NCBI GenBank assembly: GCA_963691875.1
Contig: OY829846.1
Coordinates: 3,936,001 to 4,000,000, forward strand
Direction: 5' to 3'
DNA length: 64,000 nucleotides
Origin: Aureliella sp.
GTDB lineage: Bacteria > Planctomycetota > Planctomycetia > Pirellulales > Pirellulaceae
Part shown: in pieces, positions 58,663 to 64,000 of the stretch
Numbering within the stretch: position 1 is the stretch's first letter
Layout of the letters: each line of letters starts with the position of its first letter
The notes under the pieces: generated by a model
The model's database searches: none
What the model was told of the DNA's origin: nothing
The model's input: only the letters and a program-made list of their open reading frames with translations
Translations under genes and position numbers: made by a program

Positions 58663-60198
58663 ATGCAAAAGTCAGTGACATCGTTCTTTCCAAGGATCCA
58701 GCCGATGCGGCCCCTTTCTCTCGCTCAGTGCCTCTTTGCTCTCATTGTTTCTTGCAGTGTTTGTCCCGCTCAGCTCGAGGCACAGTACGCCGGTTCCGAA
58801 CCTCCACCGGCAGCAATCGCCGAGGGATTCAACTCGATCACACCTGAACGATGCAAAGAATGGTTAAAAGTTGTTGCAGGTCCTGAATTTGCAGGACGCG
58901 GAACAGGACAACCTGGTCACGTCAAAGCAGCTCACTGGGTGGCAGGTAAGTGCGCTGAGTTTGGACTCCAGCCAGTCGGTGATGCAGGCACCTATTTCCA
59001 GATGCTACCCATGACTAATCTGAAAGTTGCATCGGAAGAATCAAAAATAACGGGCCCTAACGAGCTTTCTATTACATTCACCGGCTCTGTAGCCCTAGAT
59101 CGCTTTTCGGCCGACCCAGTAAAACAGGGCGAACTTTCGTTTGTGAGCCTGGGCGGCACAGAAGCACAACTCGACAGCTCCGCGGAACTGCGAGACAAGA
59201 TCGTAGTTCTCACTGCTGACGAAGATCTAGGATCTCGCGGCATGTTCCCATTAATGCGCCAGCGACCCGCTGCAGTACTGCAACTCGTCGACATATTGCC
59301 AGAATCATCTTCACAACTCCAAACCGGACGCAATCGCCGCTCGAACGTGACAGCCGGCTACATCACTAAGGATGTTGCCCAGCAGCTACTCGAAGCGGCT
59401 GATGGAGAAGAAGCTTGGTTGGAATCGGCTGAAGAAAACAAATCCACCGTTCATCACTCTGAAGTTTCCATCACGATCGAAGCTCGAGTGTTTGAAGAAC
59501 CTGCTTCGGTACCCAACGTTTTGGCTTGGTGCCCTGGATCCGACCCAGAAGTTTCAGACGAGTACTTAGTCATTGGTGCCCACTTAGATCACCTTGGCGA
59601 ACGTGGTGATACGGTTTATCCAGGAGCGGATGACAACGGCTCTGGCTCGACAGCTATTTTGACGATCGCCAAGGCCATTGCGGAAAACCCGACGAAACCC
59701 AAACGCAGCATATTATTCATTTGGTTTGCGGCCGAAGAAATGGGGCTAGTCGGATCCAAGCACTATGTAGACAACCCAGCATTGCCACTCGACAAGATGA
59801 TTGGCATGCTGAATATGGACATGGTGGGTCGGAATGAAGAAACAGCGAACGACCCAGTCGAAGAAAACATCGAAGTGCTGCACTTGGTTGGAAGTAAGAA
59901 AGGCGACCCTGCTTTTCATGACATGATCATGGCTGCGAATAAGCACGTGAACGTGACTTTCGAGTTCGACGCCGAGAATGTCTTCGGGCGTAGCGATCAG
60001 ATCAATTTCTTCCGCAAGGGTGTTTCCGTTGCTTTTGTCTTTGGCGGCTTTCATCCCGATTACCACCGCCCGACCGACACACCTGCCAAGATCAACTACG
60101 ACAAGATTGCTGCTGCTGCAAAGCTCTTTTATGTCGCGGCATACGAGGCAACCGATCACGGCTTCTACCCAGTGCCAAAGCTCATCGAAACGAAGTAG
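58663..60198 (+). CDS. M28 family zinc aminopeptidase
   Basis: GRGTG, IGAHLDH, GADDNGSG, AAEEMGL, NMDMVGR, RSD, YH..TD. Start may be the ATG at 58705. Confidence 0.93.
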   Translation: MQKSVTSFFPRIQPMRPLSLAQCLFALIVSCSVCPAQLEAQYAGSEPPPAAIAEGFNSITPERCKEWLKVVAGPEFAGRGTGQPGHVKAAHWVAGKCAEFGLQPVGDAGTYFQMLPMTNLKVASEESKITGPNELSITFTGSVALDRFSADPVKQGELSFVSLGGTEAQLDSSAELRDKIVVLTADEDLGSRGMFPLMRQRPAAVLQLVDILPESSSQLQTGRNRRSNVTAGYITKDVAQQLLEAADGEEAWLESAEENKSTVHHSEVSITIEARVFEEPASVPNVLAWCPGSDPEVSDEYLVIGAHLDHLGERGDTVYPGADDNGSGSTAILTIAKAIAENPTKPKRSILFIWFAAEEMGLVGSKHYVDNPALPLDKMIGMLNMDMVGRNEETANDPVEENIEVLHLVGSKKGDPAFHDMIMAANKHVNVTFEFDAENVFGRSDQINFFRKGVSVAFVFGGFHPDYHRPTDTPAKINYDKIAAAAKLFYVAAYEATDHGFYPVPKLIETK

Positions 60199-60428
60199 GT
60201 CTCGGATTGGCTTGACTTCTTACATGTTCGAATGGACCCGAACTACTACCGGAATCAGGCCAATATCACCTACCCACTTTGTGCAGATATGCAGGAGTAC
60301 CGATTGTTCCGGGCAAGGTGGATCGGTGCGTTTGAATAATATTTGAAGAACCTGGACGATTTGCTGGCGTACGACTAGTATTCGAAAAGTGGTATTTCGT
60401 GTCTTTTCTGCCCCTTTTTTAGGTCGGC

Positions 60429-60845
60429 ATGGTGAATTCTGGTTCTTCAGTTCGACTTCTCATGCTGGTGATTTCCAGCCTGGGCAGCAGTCCGCTGTGG
60501 ATGCACCATACACTTTATCACCAGGCTCCCACGAGTCAGGATCGAACTTCGCGCGAATCTGTGTCATTCGGGTGCCCGCATTGCTGCATCCACTGCACCA
60601 AGAATGCAGGAGAATCTCAGCAAGGCGCCCCATATGGTGAAGCGACTGGCGATCACGAATGCTTCGTTTGCTGTTCGCTGAAGCAGTCGCCCCAAAGAAC
60701 GATTGCAGTTCATCTCACATCGCTTCCCCTGCCAGCAATATTTCTATGCAACGAGTTTTGCACTCCCAACGTTCACAACCCTTGTAGACCATCCGCCAGA
60801 GCTCCACCAACGCATTGCAGTCTGGTTTATCAGCCGCATGCCTGA
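60429..60845 (+). CDS. His/Cys-rich leader protein with CxxC and RAPP motifs (DUF2946-like)
   Basis: 138 aa. Hydrophobic N-terminus; HHTLYH, CPHCCIHC, DHECFVC; ARAPP near the C-terminus. Confidence 0.65.
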   Translation: MVNSGSSVRLLMLVISSLGSSPLWMHHTLYHQAPTSQDRTSRESVSFGCPHCCIHCTKNAGESQQGAPYGEATGDHECFVCCSLKQSPQRTIAVHLTSLPLPAIFLCNEFCTPNVHNPCRPSARAPPTHCSLVYQPHA

Positions 60846-60964
60846 GCGAGAGTGGAGAAGCACGTCAATCTCATCATGCGCGTTCGAACCAGCCGCCCAG
60901 CAGTGAAATTTAGCAGAGCATCTTTCAAAGAGCTCTCTTCGTGCACGCCGTTGGTTTTCTCATC

Positions 60965-62200
60965 ATGAAAGCAATACTTCGCTTCGGCTCCCGCATCGTG
61001 GAGTTATCGCAAGTCGATTTTTGCCCCCAATTCAATCGCTACGTCTATTGGCTAAAACAGCCAGTGGGTTGGTTCGTGGTTGCCTTGGGTGCAAGCATCT
61101 TGGTCGGTGCCTTCGTCAGCCCGCTCGGTTGGGCGCTGGCGGTCAGTCTTGCATCAATCATCGGCTTCGGGCTAGCGTTCCCCTGGATTGCAGTCTACAG
61201 CACTAAACTCAAGTTGAAACCGGTGCACGCCTCAGTCCATGAGCAAGATGCAGCCGAGATCGAAGTCGAAGTGCAGAATCGCCTTCCGCTTCCACTGATG
61301 GGCTTGATGATCAATCGTTACACTACCACGCCGGCCGACGAAGAGATCGAGATCGGTGAGGTAGGCTTAGCTCATGTTCCTGCGCTGAGTGTGACGAAGT
61401 TTCGATTCAAAATCCATCCTGAATACCGTGGTCAATATCCCACTGAAGCACCAGAGGTAAGCTGTGCCTTCCCATTTGGCATCTGGAAAGCAAAACGCGA
61501 GCTTTTTTCGGTGGAACCAATCATGGTGAAGCCGCTCGTGGTCGAGACGGCTGGCATGATCGAGTTCTCGGGAAAGCGTTTGGCAGATACGGGCGATGGA
61601 GAGCGTCCAAGCACCACTGGCGAATTCATGGGGCTTCGCGAATTCCGTGACGGCGATTCCTTAAAAACGATTCACTGGGCGCAGACGGCAAAGTTAGATT
61701 CGCTTGTAGTCTGTGAACGAGGTGGGCCGCAGCATCAACCACTTGTCGTCCAGATCAACACAGGTCGATCAGAGGGCTCCAAGCTTGAAGCCCGCGAGAA
61801 CCTAGCTTGGCGCGTTCGCATCGCGGCAGGACTGATCGGACTGTTTGGTGGCCAAAAACAACCACTTCAACTCAAGATCGATGACCAGCTTATTCACTTG
61901 CCAGCTGGAGCCGACATGGTTCCAATCGCGTGGAACCATCTCGCGCAGATTCCATTGGATGGGGGTATTCCTTCTTCAGTAGTCGACGCTTCCCAGGCTC
62001 CTACTTTATGCATCGACTCACAGGCGTCTCGCGAGCCTGTTCCACCACATTTAGTCCATGTCTCGATGTACTCGGTGAGTTCAGAAAGCATTCGGCGCAG
62101 TGTGCTTGACTGCAGCTACGAAGTAGATCTACGACACGACATCGGTCATCAAGTCAATCAATTCCTCTTAGAGCTGGGGCGTGCCAAGAATGTCGCCTAA
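60965..62200 (+). CDS. DUF58 family protein (MoxR-associated type)
   Basis: N-terminal TM pair; YRGQY..FPFGIW; GEFMGLREFRDGDSLKTIHWAQTAK. ATG 60965 or GTG 60941. Confidence 0.9.
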   Translation: MKAILRFGSRIVELSQVDFCPQFNRYVYWLKQPVGWFVVALGASILVGAFVSPLGWALAVSLASIIGFGLAFPWIAVYSTKLKLKPVHASVHEQDAAEIEVEVQNRLPLPLMGLMINRYTTTPADEEIEIGEVGLAHVPALSVTKFRFKIHPEYRGQYPTEAPEVSCAFPFGIWKAKRELFSVEPIMVKPLVVETAGMIEFSGKRLADTGDGERPSTTGEFMGLREFRDGDSLKTIHWAQTAKLDSLVVCERGGPQHQPLVVQINTGRSEGSKLEARENLAWRVRIAAGLIGLFGGQKQPLQLKIDDQLIHLPAGADMVPIAWNHLAQIPLDGGIPSSVVDASQAPTLCIDSQASREPVPPHLVHVSMYSVSSESIRRSVLDCSYEVDLRHDIGHQVNQFLLELGRAKNVA

Positions 62201-64000
62201 GCCAAAACAATCTGAAACCCCGGAGTCAGCACCGGATGCCAAGGTCGCCAAGTCTTCCTTGTTCAACATGCTGGCTCAAGACGGATGGACTTGTTCCGCG
62301 AGGAAGCGAAACGGGGCCTTCCATCTTGCTCTGCTAGCCATTGTCGCTCTTCTCTATCTACGAACGCACAACGATCCATGGTGGGTTTTGGTCACTGAGT
62401 ATGGCTGCATTGCGGCTGGGATTTTGGTCATCTCGCGCGCGGCCAAATATCTAAAACCAGCCACGCAACTCGTTTTGGCTATCGCGATTGGGCTGGTGCC
62501 TTGGTTTCTCGATACTCCGTGGAGGGCGATGAACTACGGCAATGGAATGGAGATCCTGATGCTTGCAAGTTTTGGTTGGATCGGGCTTGGCTTGGCTCTC
62601 TTCGGCTGGCAATCACGCTTGATCAGCCTTGCCGTTGTTGCCAGCGGATTCCTAGTGCTATTCACCACCTTCATTTCAGATTACAGCCAATCGGTATTGT
62701 TCCCCTTTGTCTGGGCTGCACTCTGCTTGTGGTGGCTGGTTGCGAATCAGTGGGAACAAGTAGAAGCATGTCAGGCAACTTCGATCAGTCGCACACGTTA
62801 TCGAATGACGAGCGTCCTTATCGGGCTGCTCTTGGTCACGACAACCTTTGCACTGGTTTCTGGCAGCGGTCTCCGCGTTCTGCATCAACTCGACATCGGC
62901 ATCATGCCGACTAGCGGGGGTAGCAAGTGGAATGATACAGCAGCACGATCCGGCATCGGCAGCGGTGATGCCATCGTGGCTGCGAAAGAACACGCCATGA
63001 GTTTTGGAGCAGTGGAGACCGACTTCTTCCTCGACTCGCACGAACCTAGTCTATTCGACGTCTTCAGCGAGCAGTTTGGTGAGCCTGTTGCCAAAAAGAA
63101 GATCCAAAAAGCCCAAGCATTGGCTGGTAAGGAAACTCAAGATGACGGTCATCATCATTTTTCTGATGCTAATCGAGGCGGTAATGACGAGTTCAGCATC
63201 CAGCGTGATACGCCGAAGCGCAACAAGCCTCTGGACAATCTTCGAGCCAACGCCTTAATGTATTGGCAAGGTTCTAGTGGTATTCGCTTGGCTGTCGACC
63301 GATTTTCCAGGTTCAACGGAAAAAGCTGGAAAAAGGAAGGGCAATCCCCGGAGTTCACACAGCCTGGTGCCGTTCTCATTGGCGAGCAGACCTGGTTCCA
63401 ACCCGCTGGATACACGGTACAAAACGCGCTTAGTCCCTTCGTCGATGCGGTACCGGAGGCGATGAAGTTCACGAAGTACCGCTCCAACATCGTCCCCACA
63501 CGTCCAGGTCTCCAGCTCTGGTGTGTCGACATGCTCGACCGAGCGGACTTTTTCGGAATGAGTGACACTCGCTGCCTTTCCATGACGGGTCGAGATTACG
63601 TGCCGGACTACACAGTGGTACGATTCGTTGATAGCCTGATCGATCTGCAGCGCGTAAGAGCACTGCTCAGCAAGCAGAAGAACTCCCAGGAACACTCTCA
63701 CGTTATCGAGGAAGAGACCAGAGCTCAAATAGCTCAACTCGTCAAGGAATACACGCAAGGTACAGAGCGTAGCTGGGATCAAGTCGACCTGCTATTGCGA
63801 AACCTACGCTGGCACTTCGTACTTGATCGAGAAGTGAGCAGCAAAGATGGTGAACAGCCGCTTTCAAAGTTCCTAGAGCATCGACGCGGTCCCTCTTACA
63901 TGTTCGTCACGACAGCTGCCTTAATGCTGGATGAACTTGGCTATAAGACGCGCATGGCTCGCGGTTTTTATGTCGACCCGAGCAATGCGATTGACGGCGA
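62190..64000 (+). CDS. Membrane-anchored transglutaminase-like (TgpA-type) protein, runs off the window end
   Basis: ATG 62190 overlaps the DUF58 stop; the frame stays open to 64000. Multiple N-terminal TM helices; core FLEHRRGPSYMFVTTAALMLDELGYKTRMARGFY. Absent from the ORF track because it has no stop in the window. Confidence 0.85.
   Translation, partial: MSPKPKQSETPESAPDAKVAKSSLFNMLAQDGWTCSARKRNGAFHLALLAIVALLYLRTHNDPWWVLVTEYGCIAAGILVISRAAKYLKPATQLVLAIAIGLVPWFLDTPWRAMNYGNGMEILMLASFGWIGLGLALFGWQSRLISLAVVASGFLVLFTTFISDYSQSVLFPFVWAALCLWWLVANQWEQVEACQATSISRTRYRMTSVLIGLLLVTTTFALVSGSGLRVLHQLDIGIMPTSGGSKWNDTAARSGIGSGDAIVAAKEHAMSFGAVETDFFLDSHEPSLFDVFSEQFGEPVAKKKIQKAQALAGKETQDDGHHHFSDANRGGNDEFSIQRDTPKRNKPLDNLRANALMYWQGSSGIRLAVDRFSRFNGKSWKKEGQSPEFTQPGAVLIGEQTWFQPAGYTVQNALSPFVDAVPEAMKFTKYRSNIVPTRPGLQLWCVDMLDRADFFGMSDTRCLSMTGRDYVPDYTVVRFVDSLIDLQRVRALLSKQKNSQEHSHVIEEETRAQIAQLVKEYTQGTERSWDQVDLLLRNLRWHFVLDREVSSKDGEQPLSKFLEHRRGPSYMFVTTAALMLDELGYKTRMARGFYVDPSNAIDG

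Noticed and set aside
1..64000. CRISPR arrays, tRNA/rRNA genes, transposases, integrases, prophage or defence genes
   Set aside because: None recognised on reading; no regularly spaced repeats or diagnostic motifs. A manual read could miss short or degenerate elements.

Overview
Bacterial chromosomal DNA, almost certainly from a planctomycete (Pirellulaceae-like). This is inferred from the DUF1552/DUF1592-type cytochrome pair, two CxPxR sulfatases, SHD1/PQQ beta-propeller proteins, an ECF sigma factor coupled to a Ser/Thr kinase, a secretin-N-domain-only protein and frequent TAG stops. There are about 35 intact CDS, including trmB, mfd, hflK/hflC, trkA/trkH, ispH, an RNase HII-like gene, ABC transporters, hydrolases and an M28 peptidase. 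I saw no rRNA, tRNA, CRISPR array, integrase or transposase. Highlights: (1) a candidate small regulon in which two copies of the palindrome ACTTTG-N5-CAAAGT lie at putative promoters in front of a membrane protein/winged-helix regulator pair and in front of ispH; (2) a His/Cys-rich leader ORF with CxxC and RAPP motifs (DUF2946/CruR-like arrest-peptide architecture) in front of a DUF58 gene and a transglutaminase-like gene whose catalytic Cys appears to be replaced by Ser; (3) several decayed genes hidden in apparently intergenic DNA (a methyltransferase, a DUF2007/Zn-ribbon protein, a polysaccharide-export domain) plus a 3.1 kb secretin-N gene with two in-frame stops, which suggests ongoing gene erosion. 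All family assignments come from motif recognition by eye, not from database searches.
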